From positions 2,897-66,896 of the forward strand of contig JBAMLV010000022.1 in the NCBI GenBank assembly GCA_039793395.1: a stretch of DNA of 64,000 nt, read 5' to 3'. The stretch's first letter is position 1. Every line of letters starts with the position of its first letter. This document shows, in pieces, positions 35,676 to 44,345 of the stretch. The notes under the pieces are model-generated. The model was not told the origin of the DNA, searched no databases, and worked only from the letters and a program-made list of their open reading frames with translations. Source of the DNA: a bacterium (GTDB lineage: Bacteria > Hydrothermota > Tepidihabitantia > Tepidihabitantales > Tepidihabitantaceae). The position numbers were made by a program, and so were the translations under genes.

Positions 35676-37619
35676 ATGGCACGGTCGCGGGTCGGGGTTT
35701 TTGTCTGTCACTGCGGGATTAACATTGCGGGTGTGGTCCGGGTGCCGGAGCTGGTGGAGCGGGTAAAGACAATTCCCGGGGTGGTGAGTGCGCTGGATTA
35801 TGTTTACTGCTGTTCCGACCCGGGGCAGCAACTGATTAAGCAGACGATTAAGGACAAGGGGCTGGACGGAGTGGTGGTGGCGTGCTGTTCGCCGAATCTG
35901 CACGAGGCGACCTTCCGGAAGGCAGCGGCTGAAGCGGGGTTGAATCCGTATCGGTGTGAGATTGCCAACATCCGGGAGCAGTGTTCCTGGGTAACTGCGG
36001 ACCGGGATGCGGCAACCGAGAAGGCGGAAGGGATTGTCCGGACGATGGTGGCAAAGGTGCGGGAGGATGTACCGCTTTTCCGGTTGCAAGTGCCGCTGGT
36101 CAAGCGGGCGCTGGTGGTGGGTGCGGGTATTGCCGGGATTCAGGCGGCACTGGACATTGCCAATGCGGGTTATGAGGTGGTTTTGGTGGAGAAGGAGCCG
36201 TCAATCGGTGGGCATATGGCGCAGCTTTCCGAGACCTTTCCGACGCTTGACTGTTCCCAGTGCATTCTGACTCCAAAGACGGTTGAAGCGGGCAATCACC
36301 CGCGGATTAAACTCCTGACCTATTCCGAGGTGCTGGAGGTTTCGGGGTTCATCGGCAATTTCCGGGTGAAAATCCGGCAGAAGCCACGTTATGTTGATCT
36401 TGATGCCTGCACCGGCTGCGGTATCTGTCTGGAAAAGTGTCCGGTCAGGGTGGAGTCCGGGTTTGACCGCAATCTGACCCGGCGCCGGGCAATCTACCGG
36501 CTGTTTCCCCAGGCGGTACCGAATAAGGTGGTGATTGATGCCGAGCACTGCCGGCAGTTGCAGGGCAAGAGGTGCGGGGTTTGTGAGCGGGTTTGTCCGG
36601 CGCAGGCGATTCGGTATGAAGATACCGGGCGGATTATTGAGGAGGAGGTGGGGGCGATTGTGCTGGCGACCGGCTATGAGCTGTTTGACATTTCCCGGGT
36701 TGGTTCCTATGGGGCAGGGGTGGTGCCGGATGTGATTGACAGTCTGGCGTTTGAAAGGATTCTTTCGGCATCGGGTCCGTTTGCGGGTGAGGTGCGCCGG
36801 CCTTCGGACGGCAGAGTTCCGAAGCGGGTGGTTTTTGTGCAGTGCGCCGGCTCCCGGGACGCAAATCAGGGGGTGCCCTACTGCTCAAAAATCTGCTGTA
36901 TGTATACCGCGAAGCATGCCCTGCTTTACAAGCACCGGGTGCATGATGGTGAGGCAATTGTCTGTTATATTGATGTCCGGACTCCGGGCAAGGGTTTTGA
37001 GGAGTTCTATCGCCGGGCAACCGATGAAGGGGTTAAATACCTGCGGGGTAAGGTTGCCAAGATTTTCCGGCGCGCCGACCGGGTGGTGGTCTGGGCAGCG
37101 GATACGCTGGCGGGTAAAAAGATTGAGATTGAGGCTGATATGGTGGTCCTGGCAAGTGCGGTAATTCCCAATCCGAAGGGGGTGGAGCTGGCACGGCGGT
37201 TGAAGATTGCTCTTGATGCCCATGGCTTTCAGTCGGAGGCACATCCGAAGCTGCGGCCGGTTGAGACTTTGACCGCGGGCTTCTTTCTTGCCGGCTGTGG
37301 TCAGGGACCGAAGGACATTCCGGAGACGGTGGCACAGGCTTCAGGTGCGGCGGCAAAGGTGCTGGCGATGTTCGGTACGAGTGAGCTGTATCATGAACCG
37401 GTGATTGCCGAGGTGGATGAGGAGGTTTGCGTTGGCTGTGGTAATTGCGAGCGGAGCTGCGCCTATGAGGCGGTGAAGGTTGATGTCCGGCGCGGTAAGG
37501 CGGTGGTGCAGGCGGTGATGTGTGAAGGGTGTGGTGCATGTTCGGTTGCCTGTCCGGCCGGGGCAATTAACCTCAAGAATTTTACCAAGCGGGCGCTGAT
37601 TGAGATGGTGGATGTGTGA
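35676..37619 (+). CDS. hdrA: Heterodisulfide reductase subunit A (canonical-length HdrA flavoprotein)
   Basis: N-terminal VFVCHCGINIAG domain, FAD fold VVGAGIAGIQAALDIA, TFPTLDCSQCILTPK, an inserted ferredoxin (CTGCGICLEKCP) and a C-terminal 2x[4Fe-4S] domain (CVGCGNCERSC, CEGCGACSVACP). Confidence 0.9.
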   Translation: MARSRVGVFVCHCGINIAGVVRVPELVERVKTIPGVVSALDYVYCCSDPGQQLIKQTIKDKGLDGVVVACCSPNLHEATFRKAAAEAGLNPYRCEIANIREQCSWVTADRDAATEKAEGIVRTMVAKVREDVPLFRLQVPLVKRALVVGAGIAGIQAALDIANAGYEVVLVEKEPSIGGHMAQLSETFPTLDCSQCILTPKTVEAGNHPRIKLLTYSEVLEVSGFIGNFRVKIRQKPRYVDLDACTGCGICLEKCPVRVESGFDRNLTRRRAIYRLFPQAVPNKVVIDAEHCRQLQGKRCGVCERVCPAQAIRYEDTGRIIEEEVGAIVLATGYELFDISRVGSYGAGVVPDVIDSLAFERILSASGPFAGEVRRPSDGRVPKRVVFVQCAGSRDANQGVPYCSKICCMYTAKHALLYKHRVHDGEAIVCYIDVRTPGKGFEEFYRRATDEGVKYLRGKVAKIFRRADRVVVWAADTLAGKKIEIEADMVVLASAVIPNPKGVELARRLKIALDAHGFQSEAHPKLRPVETLTAGFFLAGCGQGPKDIPETVAQASGAAAKVLAMFGTSELYHEPVIAEVDEEVCVGCGNCERSCAYEAVKVDVRRGKAVVQAVMCEGCGACSVACPAGAINLKNFTKRALIEMVDV

Positions 37620-37632
37620 GGGGAAGCGGGAG

Positions 37633-40600
37633 ATGGGCGATAATGGCAATCTGAATTCGGCGGTTCCGGTGACGGAAGCCAGGGTCGGGGCGGTGCTGGT
37701 GGTCGGTGCCGGCATTGCCGGGATACAGTCGGCACTGGAACTGGCAGAGTCCGGGTTCAAGGTTTATCTTATGGATTCGGCACCCGCGATTGGCGGGGTG
37801 ATGGCGATGCTGGACAAGACCTTTCCGACGAATGACTGCTCAATGTGTATTTTGAGCCCGAAACTGGTCGGCACGGGCCGGCATCCGAATATTGAACTGC
37901 TCAACGGCGCGGAGCTGCTCGGTCTGGAAGGGGAGCCGGGCAACTTCACCGCCCGGGTCCGGCAGCGGCCCAGGTATGTGTTGCTGGAGAAGTGCACCGG
38001 TTGTATGGACTGCACCAAGGTGTGTCCGGTCCGGGTGCCGGATAGTTACAATCAGGGGCTTGCTATGCGGGGTGCGGTTTACAAGCTTTTTGCCCAGGCA
38101 ATTCCGAATGCAGTGGCAATTGACAAGAATGAACGCCGGGCACCGTGCCGGCTTGCCTGTCCGGCAGAGGTGAATGCCCAGGGTTATATTGCCCTGACCC
38201 GCGCCGGTAAGTTCAAGGAGGCTTATCAACTGGTGCGCGAGCGCCTGCCGTTTGTGGGTGTGTGCGGCCGGGTGTGCCATCATCCCTGCGAGGAGAATTG
38301 CAACCGCCGGAAGTTTGATGCCGAGAGTCCGGTTGCCATCAGGACAATCAAGCGGTTTCTTGCCGATTATGTGGCAAAACAGGGCGGACTGCCGTATTCG
38401 GTGCCGGAAAGGCAGGGGGAGAGTGCGGCGCGGGTGGCAGTTATCGGTGCCGGACCAGCAGGCTTGACCTGTGCGCTGGATTTGCGGCTGAAGGGTTATG
38501 AGGTGACGGTTTTTGAGGCGGCAGAGCAGCCGGGCGGAATGATGCGCTGGGGTATCCCAGCTTACCGGCTGCCCCGGGCGGTGCTGGACCAGGAGATTAA
38601 GGATATTCTTGATACCGGTATTGAACTGAAGTTGAACTCGCCCATTAATGACCCGGCCGAACTCAAGCGTCTGCTGGCGCAGGGGTATCGGGCAGTTTTT
38701 ATTGCCATCGGTGCCAGCCGGAGCCGGACCTTGAACATTCCGGGGATGGAGTTGAAGGGGGTGCTGCACGGCATTGAGTTTCTCCGGGAGGTAAATCGCG
38801 GGGCAGTGCCGGCAATCGGCAGGCGGGTGGTGGTTATTGGCGGTGGTAATGTGGCGGTGGATGTAGCGATGTGTGCGCGGCGGTGCGGTGCCGAAGCGGT
38901 GACGATGGTCTGTCTGGAAAAACGGGATGAGATGCCTGCCCATCCGTGGGAGATTGAGGAGGCGCTCGCCGAGGGAATAAAAATAATGCCCGGCTGGGGT
39001 CCGGCCGCAATCCGGGGTGAGGATGGTGCGGTTGCCGGACTTGAGACCATAGAGTGCACGAGCGTTTTTGATGAGCAGCACCGGTTCAATCCCCAATTCA
39101 ATCCGGATAACCGGGGCTTTGTCCCGGCAGAGACGGTAATTCTGGCAATCGGTCAGCAGGTGGCTTTACCCTTTGCTTCGTTCCAGGTTGACCCGGTGAC
39201 CCTGGAGGTAAAGGGAATGCCCGGGGTGTTTGCCGGCGGTGATATGGTGTCCGGTCCCGCTTCGGTGATTGAGGCGGTTCAGGCTGGCCATGAAGCGGCA
39301 ATTTCCATTGACCGGTTCATCCGGAAAGAGGATTTGAGCGCCGGCAGGCAAAAGCCAAAACCGGAACCGGCACGGCTTGAGGATTCTGCTGGTTATCGCA
39401 TCGGTATCAAACCCCAGGCGCGGACAAAGGAGCCGGTGCTGAACCCGGAGCAACGGCAGAACTGGGATGAGCTGAATTTAGGTTTTGATGAAGAGCAGGC
39501 ACAGGCTGAAGCCCAGCGGTGTCTGGATTGCGGTATCTGCTCGGAATGTTTTCAGTGTGTGAGTGCGTGTGAAGCCCGGGCAATTGACCACCAGCAGCAG
39601 GAAAGGCAGCTGGAACTGAAGGTGGGGGCGGTTATTCTTGCTGGCGGGTTTAGCGAGCACAAGCCGGTTGCCGATGTCAGTCTCGGTTATGCTCAACACC
39701 CGAACATCGTTACCAGTCTGGAGTTTGAGCGGATTCTTTCGGCAACCGGTCCTTATGAAGGCCAGGTGCGCCGGCCGTCAGATTTAACTCCGCCGAAGAA
39801 GGTCGCCTGGGTGCAGTGTGTCGGTTCCCGGAATCAGGAGCATTATTACTGCTCATCGGTCTGCTGTATGTTTGCGGTCAAGGAGGCGGTCATCGCCAAG
39901 GAGCACTGCGGTGGGGAGCTGGATTGTCACATCTACTATCTGGATATGCGCTGTTTTGGCAAGGGTTTTGAACGGTATTATGAACGGGCAAAAAATGAGT
40001 ATGGGGTGGTGTTCCGGCGTTCGCGGGTGAGTGCAATCCGGGCAGTGCCGGAAACCGGCGACCTCTTGATTGCGTATGAGGATGAGCAGGGCGTGCTACA
40101 TGATGAGGTTTACAATCTGGTGGTGCTGTCCAGTGCCCTGGTGGCAAATCCGGAGATGGTGGCGCTGTGTGAGCGGCTGGGAGTCAAAGTTGACCCTCAG
40201 GGGTTTGTCCAGACCTCAGCTCTTTATCCGGTGGCGACCTCCCGGGCTGGAGTTTTTGCCTGTGGTGTGCTGACCGAGCCCAAGGATATTCCGGAAACGG
40301 TCACCGAAGCAACCGGCTGCGCCGGTGCGGTTGCCGGACTTTTGAGCACCGTCCGAAATACGCTGGTGAGCAGGAAGAGTTATCCGCGGGAGCGGGATGT
40401 TACGGAAGAAGAGCCGCGGGTCGGAGTTTTTGTGTGCAACTGCGGTATCAACATCGGCGGGGTGGTGCGCGTGCCCGAAGTGGTGGAGTATGCCCGAACC
40501 CTGCCCGGGGTGGTTTATGCCGAAGAAAATCTGTTCACCTGCTCGCAGGATACCCAGGAGAAAATCAAGCGGATTATTCAGGAGCAGCGGTTGAACCGGG

Positions 40601-42117
40601 TGGTGGTTGCCTCCTGCACTCCGCGGACCCATGAGCCGCTATTTCAGGAGACGCTGGCGGAAGCGGGTTTGAACCGGCACCTGTTTACGATGGCAAATAT
40701 CCGGGACCAGTGTTCCTGGGTTCATATGCATCTGCCCCAGGAGGCGACCGCGAAAGCCAAGGAGCTGGTGCGGATGGCGGTTGCCAATGCCCGGCACCTG
40801 AAACCGCTTACCGCTGCTCAATCGCCGGTGGTGCAGAAGGCGCTGGTGGTCGGGGGTGGCATTGCCGGAATGACCGCCGCACTGGCAATTGCGGAGCAGG
40901 GGTTTGAGGTGTTTTTGGTGGAAAGGGAAAAGGAACTGGGTGGTAATCTGCGCCGGGTGCGATATGATGAGGCGGGAAATCGGACCGCGGATATTGTTGC
41001 GCGGCTGGAAAACCGGCTGCGTTCCCATCCGAAAGTCAGGATTCTGACCGGTGCGGAAATCAGTGCGGTCAGCGGTTATGTGGGCAATTATCGGACCACG
41101 GTCCGGTTTACAGGCGCTGAGCGGTCACCGGAAGAGACTTTAGAGCACGGTGTTTTTGTGGTGGCGGTTGGGGCAAGGGAGTATGTGCCTAAAGAATATT
41201 TCTATGGTGAAGACAGCCGGGTTTTGACCCAGCTGGAGCTGGAAAATCTGATTGAAACCCAGCCCGATTTTCTTGCCCGGACTGCCGGGACCGCGGGTGC
41301 AAATAAACCGTCCAGCCCGACAGTGGTGATGATTCAGTGCGTCGGGTCAAGGAATGAGGAGCATCCCTGGTGCTCCCGGGTTTGTTGCACTGAGGCGGTT
41401 AAGAATGCACTCCGGCTGAAGAAGGAGTATCCGAATGTTCAGGTGTATATTTTTTACCGGGATATGCGCACCTACGGGTTCCGGGAAGGACTTTATCGCG
41501 AAGCCCGGCGTGCCGGGGTGCTATTTATTCATTATGAGCCCGGGGAATTGAAGGTTGAACGCCGGGACGGGAAAATTTTGGTTTCCGGTTATGACCCGGT
41601 GCTGGCAGGCCGGGTGGGGGTGGTAGCCGATTATCTGGTGCTTTCAACCGGCATCGTGCCCGCGGAGTCCAATCCGCAACTGGCGAAACTGCTCAAGGTG
41701 CCGTTGAATGAGGACGGTTTCTTTCTGGAAGCACATATGAAATTGAGGCCGGTGGATTTTAACACCGCCGGGATTTTTATGGCTGGCACCGCTCACAGCC
41801 CCCGTTTTATTTCCGAGACCATTGCGCAGGCACTGGCAGCCGCGGCACGCGCGGGTTCACTTATCAGTTCAACCCGGATTATGACTTCCGCGGTGGTGGC
41901 ACGGGTGAATACCCGCTGGTGTGCAGGTTGCGGTGTGTGTGAGCGGGTGTGTCAGTATGAGGCGGTTCGGCTCAACCCGGAAACCGGTAAATCAGAAGTT
42001 ACCGCGGTTTTGTGCCAGGGGTGCGGTGCCTGTGCTGCCGCCTGTCCCGCCGGTGCAATTGAGCTGGCGGGGTTTGAATCCCGGCAACTGCTTTCAATCG
42101 TGGAGGAGGCGTTGTAA
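37633..42117 (+). CDS. Giant HdrA-type fusion: HdrA core with a nested GltD/NfnB-like NAD(P)H module, followed by a second HdrA-like module (large-HdrA, HdrL-like architecture)
   Basis: Module 1 has VGAGIAGIQSALELA, TFPTNDCSMCILSPK and CTGCMDCTKVCP. The nested GltD-like block has CGRVCHHPCEENC, VAVIGAGPAGLTCALDL and VVVIGGGNVAVDVA. The HdrA core then resumes (LEFERILSATGPYEGQVRRPSD, CSSVCCMFAVKEAV). Module 2 has VFVCNCGINIGG and VVGGGIAGMTAALAIA, with C-terminal CAGCGVCERVC and CQGCGACAAACP. ATG 37633 is preferred. Confidence 0.8.
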   Translation: MGDNGNLNSAVPVTEARVGAVLVVGAGIAGIQSALELAESGFKVYLMDSAPAIGGVMAMLDKTFPTNDCSMCILSPKLVGTGRHPNIELLNGAELLGLEGEPGNFTARVRQRPRYVLLEKCTGCMDCTKVCPVRVPDSYNQGLAMRGAVYKLFAQAIPNAVAIDKNERRAPCRLACPAEVNAQGYIALTRAGKFKEAYQLVRERLPFVGVCGRVCHHPCEENCNRRKFDAESPVAIRTIKRFLADYVAKQGGLPYSVPERQGESAARVAVIGAGPAGLTCALDLRLKGYEVTVFEAAEQPGGMMRWGIPAYRLPRAVLDQEIKDILDTGIELKLNSPINDPAELKRLLAQGYRAVFIAIGASRSRTLNIPGMELKGVLHGIEFLREVNRGAVPAIGRRVVVIGGGNVAVDVAMCARRCGAEAVTMVCLEKRDEMPAHPWEIEEALAEGIKIMPGWGPAAIRGEDGAVAGLETIECTSVFDEQHRFNPQFNPDNRGFVPAETVILAIGQQVALPFASFQVDPVTLEVKGMPGVFAGGDMVSGPASVIEAVQAGHEAAISIDRFIRKEDLSAGRQKPKPEPARLEDSAGYRIGIKPQARTKEPVLNPEQRQNWDELNLGFDEEQAQAEAQRCLDCGICSECFQCVSACEARAIDHQQQERQLELKVGAVILAGGFSEHKPVADVSLGYAQHPNIVTSLEFERILSATGPYEGQVRRPSDLTPPKKVAWVQCVGSRNQEHYYCSSVCCMFAVKEAVIAKEHCGGELDCHIYYLDMRCFGKGFERYYERAKNEYGVVFRRSRVSAIRAVPETGDLLIAYEDEQGVLHDEVYNLVVLSSALVANPEMVALCERLGVKVDPQGFVQTSALYPVATSRAGVFACGVLTEPKDIPETVTEATGCAGAVAGLLSTVRNTLVSRKSYPRERDVTEEEPRVGVFVCNCGINIGGVVRVPEVVEYARTLPGVVYAEENLFTCSQDTQEKIKRIIQEQRLNRVVVASCTPRTHEPLFQETLAEAGLNRHLFTMANIRDQCSWVHMHLPQEATAKAKELVRMAVANARHLKPLTAAQSPVVQKALVVGGGIAGMTAALAIAEQGFEVFLVEREKELGGNLRRVRYDEAGNRTADIVARLENRLRSHPKVRILTGAEISAVSGYVGNYRTTVRFTGAERSPEETLEHGVFVVAVGAREYVPKEYFYGEDSRVLTQLELENLIETQPDFLARTAGTAGANKPSSPTVVMIQCVGSRNEEHPWCSRVCCTEAVKNALRLKKEYPNVQVYIFYRDMRTYGFREGLYREARRAGVLFIHYEPGELKVERRDGKILVSGYDPVLAGRVGVVADYLVLSTGIVPAESNPQLAKLLKVPLNEDGFFLEAHMKLRPVDFNTAGIFMAGTAHSPRFISETIAQALAAAARAGSLISSTRIMTSAVVARVNTRWCAGCGVCERVCQYEAVRLNPETGKSEVTAVLCQGCGACAAACPAGAIELAGFESRQLLSIVEEAL
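38128..39516 (+). other. GltD/NfnB-like (glutamate synthase small-subunit-type) domain inserted within the inserted-ferredoxin domain of HdrA module 1
   Basis: Boundaries come from aligning the 1494-aa protein by eye with its 1007-aa paralogue. Similarity stops after ...AIPNAVAIDK and resumes at RCLDCGICSECFQCVSACEARAIDH. Confidence 0.65.
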
Positions 42118-42536
42118 TGAGTTTTGAACCGAAAATAGTCGGATTTCTCTGCAACTGGTGTACCTATGCGGGTGCAGACCTGGCAGGGACATCAAGAATT
42201 CAATATCCACCAAATATGAGGCCCATCCGGGTGATGTGCTCTGGAGCGGTCGATTCGGTTTATATCCTGCGGGCACTGCTTGAGGGCGCGGATGGAGTGT
42301 TCATCGGTGGCTGTCATCCCGGTGACTGCCATTATGTATCCGGCAATTACAAAACCCGGCGCCGGATGGTGCTGTTCAACTCCATTATGCGGTCGCTGGG
42401 CCTGGATGAAGGCCGGGTGCTAGTGCGCTGGATTTCAGCGGCTGAAGGCAAGAAGTTTGCCGATACGGTAACCGAGCTGACCGAGCGGCTCAGACAGCTG
42501 GGACCGAGTCCATTCCGCCATCTCTGGGAGGTGTGA
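42117..42536 (+). CDS. mvhD: MvhD/FlpD-type [2Fe-2S] electron-transfer subunit
   Basis: FLCNWCTYAGADLAG, CSGAVD and GCHPGDCHY motifs; 139 aa. TAATG overlap with the upstream gene. Confidence 0.85.
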   Translation: MSFEPKIVGFLCNWCTYAGADLAGTSRIQYPPNMRPIRVMCSGAVDSVYILRALLEGADGVFIGGCHPGDCHYVSGNYKTRRRMVLFNSIMRSLGLDEGRVLVRWISAAEGKKFADTVTELTERLRQLGPSPFRHLWEV

Positions 42537-42537
42537 T

Positions 42538-43677
42538 TTGGCAGCGAGCGTATTCATTAAAGTTCTAACAGATAATCCGCAGCAGACATTGCGCGGGATT
42601 TATGCCCGGTGGCTGAAAACCGGCGAACTATCGGCACTGCTGGTGCCGGCAGTTTCGGCGACCGGGGTTGCGGCACCGGTGCTTTTTTCCGACCCGGAAA
42701 AGGTGGCAATGGTCAGTCCACTGCTGCCGGTAATGGCGGTCAACAGTGCATCAATTGTTGCGGAGATTGCGGCCGAGCGGGCAACCGAAACCCGGGTGGG
42801 GGTGGTGTTGCGTCCCTGTGAAATGCGGGCGGTGGTGGAGTTGATTAAACTGCAGCAGATCGTCCGGGAAAATCTGGTGCTGATCGGGATTGACTGTCCG
42901 GGGACATACCTGCCGGCGGTGCTCGGTCCGGAGCTGGTTGAGGACCGTGGTAAACTGGATGAATGGGTGATTGAGTTCGTTAGCGGTCAGGACCGCTATT
43001 TTGAGGATGAACGGTTGCGCAGTGCCTGCCAGATGTGTGAATTTCCAACATCGCTGGTTGCCGACCTGAAAATCGGGTTTTTAGGGTTGAATGTAAGGGA
43101 AAGGCTGCTTTTGAGTCCGGTTTCTGAAGCCGGGAGCCGGCTGGTTGCGGGACTGGAAACTGAACCGGCAGCGGAGAATATTCCGGAGCGGAGTGGCTAT
43201 CTGGACCGGTTTGTGCAGTCCCGGAAAAGCCGGGCGGAACAGCGGATTGCCGATTTTGACCGGGTCGGTCTGGGACCGGAGAATCTGGTCCGTTATTTTG
43301 CCCGCTGTCTTAACTGTCATAACTGTATGAAGGTTTGTCCGGTCTGTTATTGCCGGGAGTGTTTCTTTGAATCGGATGTGTTCCAGCGAGAGCAGGATGA
43401 ATATGTCCGGCGGTCAAAAAGGAAAGGGCTTAACCGGATGCCGGCCGGAACGCTTTTGTTTCATCTGACGCGAATGAATCATATGATGACCTCCTGCGTC
43501 CAGTGCGGGATTTGTGAGGATTCCTGTCCAGCAGGAATCGGTTTGAGTGTGCTGTTCAAGAAGGTTGCCCGCAATGCCCAGGCGGCATTTGATTATCTTT
43601 CCGGTCGGTCGCTTGATGAGCCGTTGCCACTCACTACCTTCCGGGAGGATGAGTTCCGGGAAATTGGCGAGGAGTAG
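42538..43677 (+). CDS. Fe-S protein with a 2x[4Fe-4S]-like C-terminal region; the N-terminal domain is possibly FrhB/FdhB-like
   Basis: C-terminal CLNCHNCMKVCPVCYCRECFFE and CVQCGICEDSCPAG. The N-terminal VLRPCEMRAVVELIKLQ ... LIGIDCPGTY pattern is reminiscent of FrhB/FdhB-family proteins, but that assignment is not secure. TTG start with GGAGG 6 nt upstream. Confidence 0.45.
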   Translation: MAASVFIKVLTDNPQQTLRGIYARWLKTGELSALLVPAVSATGVAAPVLFSDPEKVAMVSPLLPVMAVNSASIVAEIAAERATETRVGVVLRPCEMRAVVELIKLQQIVRENLVLIGIDCPGTYLPAVLGPELVEDRGKLDEWVIEFVSGQDRYFEDERLRSACQMCEFPTSLVADLKIGFLGLNVRERLLLSPVSEAGSRLVAGLETEPAAENIPERSGYLDRFVQSRKSRAEQRIADFDRVGLGPENLVRYFARCLNCHNCMKVCPVCYCRECFFESDVFQREQDEYVRRSKRKGLNRMPAGTLLFHLTRMNHMMTSCVQCGICEDSCPAGIGLSVLFKKVARNAQAAFDYLSGRSLDEPLPLTTFREDEFREIGEE

Positions 43678-43683
43678 CGCCCA

Positions 43684-44343
43684 ATGGCAGAACTGCTGTT
43701 AAATGAACTGGACACGAGTTTTAAGTACCGGATTGCGGAACGGATGGGCGATGACAGTTTTCTCAACTGCTTTGCCTGCGGTTCCTGCACCGCCTCCTGT
43801 CCGGTGCGCCGGCTGGAGGGAAAATATAATCCGCGCCGGCTGATCCGGATGGCAATCTTGGGGATGAAGGATGAGGTGTATAAATCGGAATTTCTCTGGC
43901 TCTGTTCCTACCATTCTACCTGTCTTTACCGCTGTCCGCAGAAGGTGAACATCGGCGCGGTCAGCGATGCGGTGAGCCGGCTCAAGCAGCAGGCGGGCAA
44001 AAGTGGCTGGCCCGATGGTATCAGCACCGAGTTCCGCCGGGCGGTGGTGCGTGAGGTTCCCGGAGTAAGCGCCTGTTTTGTCTGTGGTTCCTGCACCGCG
44101 GTTTGTCCGGAAAGTTTTCTTGACCCGGCAAATGACCCGCGGAAATTTATCCGTAAGGTCAATCTCGGGCTGGCAAGGGCGGCGCTCAGCGATGAGTTCA
44201 AGGATATCTGTGCCACTCATTTCCGGTGTGAAAGCCGGTGCCCCCAGGGGGTTAAAATCAGCCGGGTGATGCAGGTCCTGCGCGAGCTGGCACTGGAAGA
44301 TGGTTATTCATTGCCGGAATCAATCCGGTTTCTCCGGGAATAG
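43684..44343 (+). CDS. Tandem (duplicated) HdrC-like Fe-S protein with a Cys-to-His variant second motif
   Basis: Two HdrC-like halves: CFACGSCTASCP + CSYHSTCLYRCP, and CFVCGSCTAVCP + CATHFRCESRCP. No adjacent CCG-domain partner. Confidence 0.7.
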   Translation: MAELLLNELDTSFKYRIAERMGDDSFLNCFACGSCTASCPVRRLEGKYNPRRLIRMAILGMKDEVYKSEFLWLCSYHSTCLYRCPQKVNIGAVSDAVSRLKQQAGKSGWPDGISTEFRRAVVREVPGVSACFVCGSCTAVCPESFLDPANDPRKFIRKVNLGLARAALSDEFKDICATHFRCESRCPQGVKISRVMQVLRELALEDGYSLPESIRFLRE

Positions 44344-44345
44344 TT

